From the human T2T-CHM13v2.0 reference genome, Homo sapiens: a stretch of DNA of 64,000 bases. This document shows positions 24,180 to 38,049 of this stretch, one piece after another (within the stretch, counting starts at the first letter, position 1; each line of letters opens with the position of its first letter). Location: the NCBI RefSeq assembly GCF_009914755.1, contig NC_060935.1; one strand, given 5' to 3'. Both the position numbers and the translations under genes were made by a program. Under the pieces are notes generated by a model. The model did not search any database. It worked only from the letters and a program-made list of their open reading frames with translations, and had not been told where the DNA came from.

Positions 24180-24289
24180 CCAAGAAGAAAAGGAATGAAT
24201 TAGAACTTCTTCTGCTTGGACTTAAGGGCATCATCAGGCAGGTTTTGGGTAGGATAGCAGGGGAGGCAGAGACATAGTCGGGGTCAGTG

Positions 24290-24490
24290 GTCATGAGTGT
24301 GGCTTTGAGCCCAAAAACTTGGTTTCTGTTCCCTACTTTGCCACTCAGTAGTGCATGACTTTGGCCAAATTTCTTAAATTCATGAAGCAAGTTTCCGGGT
24401 GAATGAAATGGGGATAAAAATAGTGTTCAAACCTATCCGTTGGTTTGTGTGAAACTGAAATGAATAGTATCGTGCAGGTACTTGTGAGCA
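24290..24490 (+). mobile_element. MIR remnant
   Basis: gtggctttgagccc...tttgccactcagtagtgcatgactttggccaaatttcttaa...aaatggggataa. Confidence 0.65.
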
Positions 24491-24641
24491 AGGGGAGCTG
24501 CTGTTTCCTGTCCCTTTATGATGGGAAATATCTAGACAAGTTCCCAACCCTCTGCACTGCAGGCTGCATGGCACGGAGGGTCTTGTAACACCAGCTGGGG
24601 CTGGCCTTCTTTTAGGAGCTTCAGTGGTTCTGAAAACTTTT

Positions 24642-24780
24642 ATTTGTTTGTTTGTTTTAGTAGATGTGGGGTCTTTCTGTGTTGCCCGGACTGGTCTCAA
24701 ACTTCTGGACTCAAGTGATCCTCCCCCGCTCAACCTCCCAAAGTGTTGGGATTACAGGTGTGAGCCACTGTGCCCAGCCT
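24642..24780 (-). mobile_element. Antisense Alu monomer (FLAM-like) within NEAT1_2
   Basis: Reverse left monomer; TSD TGAAAACTTTT at 24631 and 24781. Confidence 0.9.
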
Positions 24781-25916
24781 TGAAAACTTTTTCAGGTTCT
24801 TCCAGGGTTACTGGGCTATTAAATATTTCTATTTCATTATAAGTCAGTTTTTCAAAGTTATATTATCTTAATTACCTTTTTTATATGTATTAGTGTAGAG
24901 TAGCATTTTATATTTTGATATCCTCCTTATGCATAGTTTTTCACTTTTTATTCCTAGTTTTTCGTTTTTAATAAGACTTTCAAGAAATTTATTTTATTGG
25001 CCTTTTGAAAAAAGCAGCTTTAGATAAAGTAAGCAGTTCTGCTTTCATTTTATAATTTATTTCTACTTTTGTTTCATTAATCTTTTCCTCCGGCATGCCT
25101 TGGATTTTGTTGTGTTACTCTTTTTCTAGAGGCTCGCATTGTGTGTCTGGTTCACTTATGATCACGCTTGCCTACTTTTAAGAATGGAAGAGGGGAGGTG
25201 GAGGGTGGCTGCACAGTCGAGGGTGTGAGGCAGTCTTGCTCTAGCCCCACCATGCCCTCAGCCCGCTGTGGCCACGCTGGTTCCTCAATTGCTGGGGCGT
25301 GCAGTGTCTGTAAGGGAGGCTACTGATGCCATCCGAGGAAGATGTAAGGTTTCGTGTGGGCAGCGAGAGCCTAGCAGGCATGTGGGGTGCCCAGCAAAGG
25401 GTAACAGTGGACAGTTGTTGCCTCATTCCACAGAGTTTTGATTTTTTTTTTTTTTTTAATGGTCACTCCATCAACATCCCCCATGGCCAGAGCCTGAGCT
25501 GGTCCCCAGAGACACAGGCATTCAGCTGACAGCCTCGCCTTCACGCTGCTGCTGTTCTCATGGGGGACAGGCCTCAGGTGGCAATGCACAAATCATTAGT
25601 TAAGGGCAGTTGTGACAGTTACCAAGGAGTGTAGTCCCCCGCCCCCCGCCCAGTGAAAACAGCCCTAACCAGGGGTGGGGACCTTTGGGCTCTGACCCGA
25701 AGGGTAGGAGAAGCTGGAAGGACAGCATTCCTGTCTGCGAAGGCAGGAGCAAAGCTGCCAGGCTATGAAGGAAATGGCTGGAGCCTGAAGTCATGCAAGC
25801 TGGGGCTGGCAGGGACAGGGCCAACTTCCAGGCCTGGGGGCCACCATGAGGATTCAGGACGTGACCCCCAGGGCACATGAAGGCCTTCCATCTGTATTTA
25901 AGAAAAGACTTTATCA

Positions 25917-26211
<295 letters not shown>

Positions 26212-27576
26212 TTATCTTATTTCCTATATGTTTGTGGTTTCAGTCCTGATGTATAATTTGACCCTAGTTAGAATGGTTATCTGAGGAAGTGGCCTGTACG
26301 ATTTCTGCTTTTTTAAATGTGTGGCTCCCTTTCTTCATTGATTAACGTATGATTATTTTTATAAATGTTCCATGGCAGTGGGAAGGGATTCTCTGTCACA
26401 TTCCACATCTGGATCAGTTCCTCCCCATTTTGTTGGTCAAATCCGATCTGCCATATCCTGTGTAATGACAAGTGAGTTGCATTCTCACCGTCACTCCTGG
26501 GGTCTCTCCGCTTCCCCTGAGCTGGCTCAGCAGTCTGCTCCATGTGTTTTGATGCAGGGTGACCCATTGGTATTCCCGACACTAACGCCCCCGTCTGTGG
26601 ACTGCTTGCTGCTTGGGCTTCACTGTGTCTGGTGTTGACAGTGCAGACCTAAAGGTGTGCACACATGTGCACACACACTCCGCTGTCTTCTTGTTTGCAC
26701 TGGACTTAAATATCTATGAGGGTTATTTTCAACTGCTGAATTTGGAATGATTTTTATATCTTTTCTGCTTTCTGCCCATGTACATGTGTTTATTTTACAC
26801 TGTTGTGATTGGTAGTTACTATGTGGGGACACAATTACTTGGGCTGAAATAATCCACCTGTTCTGGTTGGGGTCCTCTGGGGCATTCCAGGGTGAGAGGT
26901 TGTCACTGCCACCTGGGCCATGTGGGCCGGCACCAGCATTTTGTGGTTACGAATTCTACAGTCACAAATATCTTTGGGCAAATCCCCTTCTATACCTCAA
27001 GGCAGCTTTTGGTTTGCAACCCCACTGGCCAGAGGGAAGGGCCAGTCACTTGGCTCTCTCACTGCCCTGCGCCCCAGATGGTTCTAGGGCTGCTGTTTTC
27101 CCTTGGCCCTGCCAACACCACTGTTTTTACTTCTGCTCATTGGCTGAGTGCAGTGGTTCCTGGAAGCCAGTGGCACGTTTCCCCGCGTAGCTCGCTTATC
27201 CCACAGCACACACCCAAGGGTTCTGTTGCTAACACGCTGAATTAATTCTTTGCTCATCTTACAGAGTGTGTTTTGACTGCCCCCATTTCTGAGGCCTTGT
27301 AAGGCCAGAGCTTTGTTGCTTCATCGGCAGGTTGGGACTTAGATGGCCGTGAATGTTTCCTCTCTGCTGCTGCAGTAAGTAAGTGCCCGCACCATAGTGT
27401 GTTTGGAGGCTGAAGTTGAAGCGAGGCTGTGAGGGGAGATGGACGTGTGAGGAGGGATGATGGGGCTTGAGCAAAGTGGGGGAGGGGGCAAAGGCAGTTG
27501 GCCCAACACATTCCCCACCCCTTTGAGAGGTCTGAGGCCTGCAGACCTGGCTCGGAGCCCACCTGGTAGTCCTCAG

Positions 27577-27578
<2 letters not shown>

Positions 27579-27615
<37 letters not shown>
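27579..27615 (+). repeat. (TG)18 microsatellite, a UG tract near the NEAT1_2 3' end
   Basis: Uninterrupted TG run. Confidence 0.95.
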
Positions 27616-27619
<4 letters not shown>

Positions 27620-27750
27620 GAGAGAAGTTGTGGAGAAATGGGGGGCTGATTCTGCTCAGATTCATCAGGATGAGTAGAAGGCACCCAGCTCTCACCCTGG
27701 CCTGACATGTGTGTCCCTGAGCAGGTTACAGTCCTCTCTGAGCCTCTGCT

Positions 27751-27850
27751 TCCCATCTGGACCCTGCTGGGCAGGGCTTCTGAGCTCCTTAGCACTAGCA
27801 AGAGGGGCTCCAGGGGCCCTCCCTCCATGGCAGCCAGGACAGGACTCTCA
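27751..27850 (+). ncRNA. MIR612: pre-miR-612 hairpin (annotated mature sequence 27766-27790)
   Basis: Recognised mature sequence GCTGGGCAGGGCTTCTGAGCTCCTT; can pair with downstream AAGAGGGGCTCCAGGGGCCCT. Confidence 0.9.
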
Positions 27851-28708
27851 AATGAGGACAGCAGAGCTCGTGGGGGGCTCCCACGGACCCGCCGTGGGCC
27901 CAGGGGAGGCAGAGCCTGAGCCAACAGCAGTGGTGCTGTGGACTGTGGATCCTGAGGGTGGCCTGGGGCAAGTACCGGCTGAGGGTCCAGGTGGGCTTTG
28001 TGTACCTTTGGGTCCTGGGGCCCTGGTGACTTGGACTCCAGGTTAGAGTCAAGTGACAGGAGAAAGGCTGGTGGGGCCCTGTGCTTCCGACTTCATTTCG
28101 AGTGATGGCAGTTCCCAGGAAGGAATCCACAGCTGACGGTGGCTGACAGATCAGAGAATGGAAGGCGAGGCAGGCGGGCGTCTGCGTGACCTCAGGTGCT
28201 TGGGGCCCAGCAGACCCAGAGAACCATTTCCACTAGGCCAGGGTGCCGGAAGTGTCCACAGGTCTTAGGTTCCCTGTTCAGATGAAAAGATTTGTGCCTT
28301 TAATGATAAAAGTGATCTGCATAGAGTCAAAAATTCAAGCCATGGGTATAAAATGCAAGTAAAATCCCTGCCCTCACCTATCCCACCCTACTACACAGAG
28401 ATGTCCTCTCGAGTTTCCTAGACTCACTCTGGAAATTTCTGTATACACACAGAAGCTTGTGCCTCTGCTCGTGAAGGCAGAGGGAGGGAGAGCTGAAGGG
28501 CCAGCACCTTCTCACCTGTGGGCCCCCTCAGTGCTCGGTCCCAGAGCATGCAGGACTGTGCCTCGTGTTCAGTTTGCTGGTCTGACTTCATGCTCCTTGG
28601 GCAGGATATGCATGTGCCATGCTAGGAGACATGTGGATGTGAAGCTGGGGGACAATGTCCCCTGGCTATGCCTTTACAAGGGAAGTAAGGAAGGTAGGAG
28701 GTGAGCCT

Positions 28709-28723
28709 GGGAGGGAGGGAGGG
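28709..28723 (+). other. G-quadruplex motif (GGGA)3GGG
   Basis: Four G3 tracts with 1-nt loops, ending 22 nt before the triple helix. Confidence 0.85.
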
Positions 28724-28745
28724 AGGCGCGGAGCCGCCGCAGGTG

Positions 28746-28833
28746 TTTCTTTTACTGAGTGCAGCCCATGGCCGCACTCAGGTTTTGCTTTTCACCTTCC
28801 CATCTGTGAAAGAGTGAGCAGGAAAAAGCAAAA
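28746..28833 (+). other. 3' triple-helix (ENE-like) stability element of NEAT1_2
   Basis: U-rich motif 1 TTTCTTTT (28746-28753), hairpin CTGAGTGC/GCACTCAG (28755-28781), U-rich motif 2 TTTTGCTTTT (28783-28792), complementary A-rich tract AAAAAGCAAAA (28823-28833). Confidence 0.96.
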
Positions 28834-28892
28834 GGCGCTGGTGGTGGCACGTCCAGCACGGCTGGGCCGGGGTTCGAGTCCCCGCAGTGTTG
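28834..28892 (+). ncRNA. menRNA, a 59-nt tRNA-like small RNA (RNase P/RNase Z substrate)
   Basis: Acceptor stem GGCGCTG/CAGTGTT, mini D-arm GTG-GTGG-CAC, arm GTCCAGC-ACG-GCTGGGC, T-arm CGGGG-TTCGAGT-CCCCG, discriminator G, no encoded CCA. Confidence 0.95.
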
Positions 28893-30396
28893 CTGCTTCC
28901 TTCCAGCTCCCTCCTCCAGGCCTCTCCTCCCACCCCACCAGGGATATCTTGTCTCCTAGAGGGGTAGCATTGGGTGGGGCACCCCAGGCCTCTCCCAGAA
29001 GCCCTCCTGCCCTGCTATCCCCTCCCTCATCCTCTGGGGCCCTGGGAATACAGCAGGGGACGTGGGGCCACAGGCAGCTGATAACTTAGCCCCCTCAGCC
29101 ACTCCTGTGGGAGCGGGAGGGGGACAGCTTGGCGGCTCTGCACCCAAAGCTGTGGGGCCTACCTGGAGTGTCCCCACCCCTCAGGGCATACTCCCCACTG
29201 CCCTCTTCTTCCCAGGATCAACTCACCGCTACCCTCCTCTCCACATCTGAGGACCAGCGTGGCTCTTCCAGGGAGGGCTTGGGGAGATGAGGTCCAAGGG
29301 GAGAGGCCAGAAATCCTGAGGCCTGGGCTGGAGATGGGTGGGCGGACAGGGCCCAACGAACCGGCCCTTGTGCAGGAAGGCCAACAGCTGGGACCACAAG
29401 GTGCCGGGTGGGACAGGGAAGTCAGCCTGTGCTCTCCAGGCACCTGGGACCCAGGAGATCCCCCCGGCTCAGCACCAGCAGAGGCAGCTGCTGTGATCCT
29501 GGGCAGGCAGTGTCCTCCTCCCTCAGTCTCTGCCCCCTCCCATCCCCAAGAGGGAGGCCAGGGGCTCACAGTCCATTTCATGGGCCATGATACTGATGCT
29601 GTCTGCAGTTGGGGCAGCTTGCCTGACCACAAGGCTCTCCAGGGAGCCCCTGCCAATCACTATAATAATCTCCTTTAACGAGTCAGGCCCCATAAGGAAC
29701 AGCCAGAAGCAGGAGAGAGGTATGCAGAGCTGGCCTATGGAGGCTTGCCATCTCTTCTGACCCCACAGAGCCCACTCAGAATACCACGCCCTAGTGGGTC
29801 TTCCCAGCCCAAACTCAAGTCACAGGATGGCACAGGTCCTCTAGGGAGAGCTGGGCTCCCATGGGGTGGAGGGAGCCCCAAACCTCAACAAGGCTGAGGG
29901 GATGCAGTATGCAGGGCCAGGGAAGGGAGCCAGGAGACAGAGGGGCCGAAAGCCAGTCAGCTTTGGTGGAGAGAACCCTTCATGAGGAGCCCTGGCTTGG
30001 GCCTCCTGGTCAAGGAGTGTTTGCAGCAATCTGTAGTCCCTTAGCCCCTGGCAAGTTCTGGTGCCAGAAAATCCCCTCCGGAGCTGGTGTCTCTCTCATT
30101 CAAGGGGTGAGAAGAGGCAGCGTGAAGCCGAGGTCTTGGCCGGCCATGCCTGGGTGGTGAGGCCACAAGTCCACCCCTGCAACTGCAAGGGCAGCAGGGA
30201 GGAGCTGCAGGATCTGCTGTCCTTGGATGTGATCAGCCTGCCACTGGGGACCAACAGGCCTAGACTCATACATGAGCCAAGGCACAGAGCCCAGGACTGA
30301 AGACAGAGAGGAGCCACCACACGGCAAAAGAGCATGGACATCTGAGTGCCACCTAGCCTGTGTGAGACTCCGTTTCTCTATCTCTAAAATGGAGTC

Positions 30397-30945
<549 letters not shown>

Positions 30946-30954
30946 AATACCTGA

Positions 30955-31539
30955 TACTGAAATTTAGGTCTCACAATTCTGGAGGCTGGGAAATCCAAAA
31001 TCAAGGTACAGGCATCTGGGGAGGGCCTTCTTGTTGCATCCTCACATGGTGGAAGAGCAGAAGATGGCAAACCCACTCCCACAAGCTCTTTTTATTTTAT
31101 GTTTTGAGATGGAGTCTCACTCTGTCACCAGGCTGGAATGCAGTGGCACTATCTCAGCTCACTGCAGCTTCCGCCTCCCAAGTTCCGCCTCCCAAATTCT
31201 TCTGCCTCAGCCTTCCAAGTAGCCGGGACTACAGGCGTGCACCACCATGCCCAGCTATTTTTGTATTTTTAGCAGAGACGGGGTTTCACCATGTTGGCCA
31301 GGATGGTCTCAATCTCTTGACCTCGTGATCCGCCCGCCTCAGCCTCCCGAAGTTCTGGGATTACAGGCATGAGCCACCATGCCCAGCCACAAGCTCTTTT
31401 TATAAGGGCCCCAGTCCATTTGTGAAGGAGGAACCCTCATGACCCAATCCCCTCTCAGAGGCCCCCTTTCCAGTATGTCATCTTGGTGATTAGGTTTCAA
31501 TGTGGCTTTTGGAGGGAACACCACATGCAAACCATAGCA
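30955..31539. mobile_element. MaLR LTR (MLT1/MST-like) split by an antisense Alu (~31090-31388)
   Basis: tctcacaattctggaggctgggaaatccaaaatcaagg...cctcacatggtggaag and ccctcatgacc...ttaggtttcaa...aaaccatagca; Alu TSD ccacaagctcttttt. Confidence 0.75.
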
Positions 31540-32862
31540 GGTGGCTTGTCCCCTTCTGTCTGGGGAAGAGAAGAAAAAAGCACACCTTCCTTAGAGTTTC
31601 ACCCATTGAAAAGCAGCACCTCACTCTGGACCTGAGCTGAGGCCGGAGTAGCCGTGGAAGGAGGACATTCTTGTCCTGGGTCCCCAAAGTGCTCTTAACT
31701 CACCCTGCATCAGGCACCAGCCACAGGGCCCTGGGAAACCACTCCAGGGTGCTATGTCAGGGCAGAGAAAGGGGACCTGAAGTCAAAGAGACTTGTGGGG
31801 ATCACCCCATGACCCATCCCCTGCCCTGAGGCAGGACCTTGCTGCCAGAGACAGAATGGGGCCCCTCCATTCAAGGGGGGCTGTTCTCTGGGCATGCCAT
31901 GTGGGGCATGGCCTCAGTCACATCTATAGAAGTGAGATCACAGGGACAAGGTGGCCTAGGAGGAAGGGGTGTGAGGCCCGCTCCCTTCCAGCACCACACT
32001 CACTGCCAGAGTCTAAATCTGCCTCCTGCTGGAGTAGGACTGAGACAGAGGGACTGGTCACCCTATCTAGCCTGAACAGCTGAGCCCAGGGACCCCCATG
32101 AAGCAGGAAGGAACTGGACAAAGGAGCCAGCCAATCTCCTAATTGACAAAGGGGCCAATCCGTTGCCAGACTGCTCCTGGTGGGGCTCCACAGACAACAG
32201 CAGCCTTGCTGTTGACTCCGCCCCCATCTTCCCTCCTCCTGCTGACACCTCTTCAGGTTCCCACCCCCACCCTTCTTTTAGGGCAGGCCTGGTCTCAAAG
32301 ATCTCCACCTACTATGCTCCAGGAGCCATGGTTTCAGCACCTCCCCCATTCAGAGGCCCCTGGGGGCCTGTCTATGGGAGACACTGTGATGCAGGCTGCT
32401 TGGCCACTTCAAAAGCCCTTCTCTAGGGATCAGGACATAGCTACCCTCAGCCAGCGCAGTCCGCATCACCTCAATGATCTGAGTGATGGTATCAAACCCA
32501 GTACTGCACTGAGGAAGCCCTCCATGTTTTTCTGCAGGGCCAGAGAAAGGGGGGTCAATAGGGCCCAGCAGGGGCCTCATCCCTCCAGAGGACAAGAAGG
32601 GCAGCCCCTCCCGGGCCCTCACTCCCTCAGCCCAAAAGGGCAAAGACCAGAGTCTGACCCGCCCACCCACCTCCCAGATGTCTCCCTGTCTTCTCATCAA
32701 GGCGGGTGATGTTATACGCATCTGGGAGCCCCGCAGAAAGCAGCGCAGATTGGATGGAGGGCTCTGCAGAAGATAAGGATTATAAGCTAATTCTCCTGAG
32801 GCCTCAACCCCGCCAGCTGAGGAGCTGACTCCTCAAAGTCTGCAGAGGGTCAGTGTACCTAG

Positions 32863-33565
<703 letters not shown>

Positions 33566-33595
33566 AATTTTTTATTTTTTTAAATAGAGATGGAG

Positions 33596-35777
33596 ATTCT
33601 GTCCCTCTCCCTCTCCCGTCTCCCTCTCCCGTCTCCCTCTCCCGTCTCCCTCTCCCGTCTCCCTCTCCCGTCTCCCTCTCCCTCTCCCGTCTCCCTCTCC
33701 CTCTCCCGTCTCCCTCTCCCTCTCCCTCTCCCTCTCCTTTCCACGGTCTCCCTCTCATGCCGGGCCAAAGCCGGACTGTACTGCTGCCATCTCGGCTCGC
33801 TGCAGCCTCCCTGCCTGATTCTCCTGCCTCAGCCTGCCGAGTGCCTGCGATTGCAGGTGCGCGCCGCCACACCTGACTGGTTTTCGTGTTTTTTTGGTGG
33901 GGACGGGGTTTCGCTGTGTTGGCCGGAGTGGTCTCCAGCTCCTAGCCGTGAGTGATCCGCCAGCCTCGGCCTCCCGAGGTGCCAGGATTGCAGACGGAGT
34001 CTCGTTAACTCAGTGCTCAATGGTGCCCAGGCTGGAGTGCAGTGGCGTGATCTCGGCTCGATACGGCCTCCACCTCCCAGCCGCCTGCCTTGGCCCCTCA
34101 AAGTGCAGAGATTGCAGCCTCTGCCCGGCCGCCACCCCATCTGGGAAGTGAGGAGCATCTCTGCCTGGCCGCCCATCGTCTGGGATGTGAGGAGCCCCTC
34201 TGCCTGGCTGCCCAGTCTGGAAAGTGAGGAGCATCTCTGCCCGGCCGCCATCCCACCTGGGAAGTGAGGAGCGCCTCTTCCCGGCCGCCATCCCATCTAG
34301 GAAGTGAGGAGCGTCTCTGCCCGGCCGCCCATCGTCTGAGATGTGGGGAGCGCCTCTGCCCTGCCGCCCGGTCTGGGATGTGAGGAGCGCCTGGGCCGGG
34401 CAGCGACCCCGTCTGGGAGGTGAGGAGCGTCTCTGCCCGGCCGCCCCGTCTGAGAAGTGAGGAGCCCCTCCACCTGGCTGCCACCCCGTCTGGGAAGTGA
34501 GGAGCGTCTCCGCCCGGCAGCCACCCCGTCCGGGAGGGAGGTGGGGGTCAGCCCCCGCCAGGCCAGCCGCCCCGTCCGGGTGGGAGGTGGGGGGCTCAGC
34601 CCCCTGCCCGGCCAGCTGCCCCATCCGGGAGGTGAGGGGCGCCTCTGCCCGGCCGCCCCTACTGGGAAGTGAGGAGCCCCTCTGCCCGGCCAGCTGCCCC
34701 GTCCGGGAGGGAGGTGGGGGGGGTCAGCCCCCCGCCCGGCCAGCCGCCCCGTCCGGGAGGGAGGTGGGGGGGTCAGCCCCCAACCTGGCCAGCTGCCCCG
34801 TCCGGGAGGGAGGTGGGGGGCTCAGCCCCCCGCCCGGCCAGCCGCACCATCCGGGAGGTGAGGGGCGCCTCTGCCCGGCCGCCCCGACTGGGAAGTGAGG
34901 AGCCCCTCTGCCCGGCCAGCCGCCCCGTTCGGGAGGGAGGTGGGGGGGTCAGCCCCCCGCCCGGCCAGCCGCCCCGTCTGGGAGGGAGGTGGGGGGCTCA
35001 GCCCCCCGCCTGGCCAGCCGCCCCGTCCGGGAGGTGAGGGGCACCTCTGCCCGGCCGCCCCGACTGGGAAGTGAGGAGCCCCTCTGCCCGGCCAGCCGCC
35101 CCGTTCGGGAGGGAGGTGGGGGGGGTCAGCCCCCCGCCCGGCCAGCCGCCCCGTCCGGGAGGGAGGTGGGGGGCTCAGCCCCCCGCCTGGCCAGCCGCCC
35201 CGTCCGGGAGGTGAGGGGCGCCTCTGCCCGGCCGCCCCGACTGGGAAGTGAGGAGCCCCTCTGCCCGGCCACCACCCCGTCTGGGAGGTGTACCCAACAG
35301 CTCATTGAGAACGGGCCATGATGACGATGGCGGTTTTGTGGAATAGAAAAGGGGGCAAGGTGGGGAAAAGATTGAGAAATCGGATGGTTGCCGTGTCTGT
35401 GTAGAAAGAAGTAGACATGGGAGACTTTTCATTTTGTTCTGTACTAAGAAAAATTCTTCTGCCTTGGGATCCTGTTGATCTGTGACCTTACCCCCAACCC
35501 TGTGCTCTCTGAAACATGTGCTGTGTCCACTCAGGGTTAAATGGATTAAGGGCGGTGCAAGATGTGCTTTGTTAAACAGATGCTTGAAGGCAGCATGCTC
35601 GTTAAGAGTCATCACCGCTCCCTAATCTCAAGTACCCAGGGACACAAACACTCTGCCTAGGAAAACCAGAGACCTTTGTTCACTTGTTTGTCTGCTGACC
35701 TTCCCTCCACTAGTGTCCTATGACCCTGCCAAATCCCCCTCTGCGAGAAACACCCAAGAATGATCAATAAAAAAAAA
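33596..35777 (+). mobile_element. Full-length SVA retrotransposon (SVA_D-like)
   Basis: (CCCTCT)n head ~33603-33736, antisense Alu-like domain, GC-rich VNTR ~34120-35290, SINE-R, AATAAA 35766, A tail; TSD AAATAGAGATGGAG at 33582-33595 and 35778-35791. Confidence 0.96.
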
Positions 35778-35780
35778 AAA

Positions 35781-36245
35781 TAGAGATGGAGTCTCACTAC
35801 ATGACCCAGGCTGATCTTGAACTCCTGGGCTCAAGTGATCCTCCATCCTCAGCCTCCCAAAGTGCTGGGATTACAGGTGTGAGACACCCTCCCCAGCCTT
35901 TTTCTTTTTTTTTCATTATAGATTCAGGGGGTCCATGTGCAGGTTTGTTTTACGGATATATTGCATAATGCTGGGGTTTTGGCTTCTGGTGAACCCAGCA
36001 CCCAAATAGTGAACATGGTACCCAATATGTAGTTTTTCAACCCTTGCCCCTCCCACTCTGTTCCCACTCTTGGAGTCCACAGTGTCTGTCATTTCCATCT
36101 TTATGGCCATGTATACCTATTGTTTAGCTCCCACTTACTATATAAGTGAGAACATGTGGTATTTGAGTTTGTTTCTGCATTAACTCAGGATAATGAACTC
36201 CAGCTGCATCCACTTGCTGCAAAGGACGTGATTTCATTCTTTATG
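35781..36245 (-). mobile_element. Antisense Alu monomer (SVA insertion target) plus L1 3'-end fragment (~35900-36245)
   Basis: tagagatggagtctcactac...gctgggattacagg; ttcagggggtccatgtgcaggtttgtt...ttagctcccactta...agtgagaacatg. Confidence 0.8.
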
Positions 36246-36894
36246 GAAGAGCCCCACCCCTACACCCCATGGTCCGCTGCGTCCGACTGGTGGAAGCAGG
36301 ATCTGTGGTGAGATACCTCAGCACAAGCATATGCAGGCCTGTGGTAGACGCCGGAAGTAGGGCCCTTTGTCTCCAAGAATGGGCAGACTCTCAACAGGTG
36401 AAAGAAAAACAGTACTCCAGGTAGGGGCCAAGCAGAAGCAACAGGTCAAAGAAAGGCCTGGAAGTGGAAAAGCCCTGGGTTCAGTTTGCTAAGAGCCCAG
36501 GAGACTAGCTGGATACAAGGCCGGAAGAAGGGTGGGGCTCTGATGCACCAGCTTCTCCAATCTTCCTGGCTCCAGGGAGGAGATGCATTTGAACAATTCT
36601 GAAAAACTTTTGGATCCCAAGTCTGACTCAACATTGTGACTTGCTTACTCCGTGTCACTCTTCTAGATGCTTTTGAAATATATTATCATAACAATGAGTA
36701 AGTTCTATTTCCATTCTCAGAAAAGAAAACTGATTCAAGATTGTGTAACTTGCTGCTTCTGGTTGGTGAGATTTAAAAAAAAAAAAAAGATTATGTAACT
36801 TGTTCAAAGTCATATGGATTACAAACTATAGCGCAGGGACTTAATTTCAGTCTGGCTCCAAAATCTGAACTATTAACAATATTTAAAAGTCTGC

Positions 36895-37901
<1,007 letters not shown>

Positions 37902-38049
37902 TCAATAATTATTTTTACCCAGCATTACAGAATTGAAAAGTTAGGCTCAGAAAGGGCAAATTCTGATTTGGGCTTCAGACCTAGATTTTTTCCTACAATA
38001 AATGATGTAACTATTCTGCCTTAAGAATCTTCTAGCATTTCTCTTTCCA

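Noticed and set aside
28834-28892. Canonical tRNA gene
   Set aside because: Only 59 nt, with a 3-nt anticodon loop, truncated D arm and no oligo-T terminator; called menRNA instead.
29120-29133. GGGGACAGCTTGGC shared with ~8203-8216
   Set aside because: An isolated 14-mer match is expected by chance in 64 kb, and the flanks do not align convincingly.
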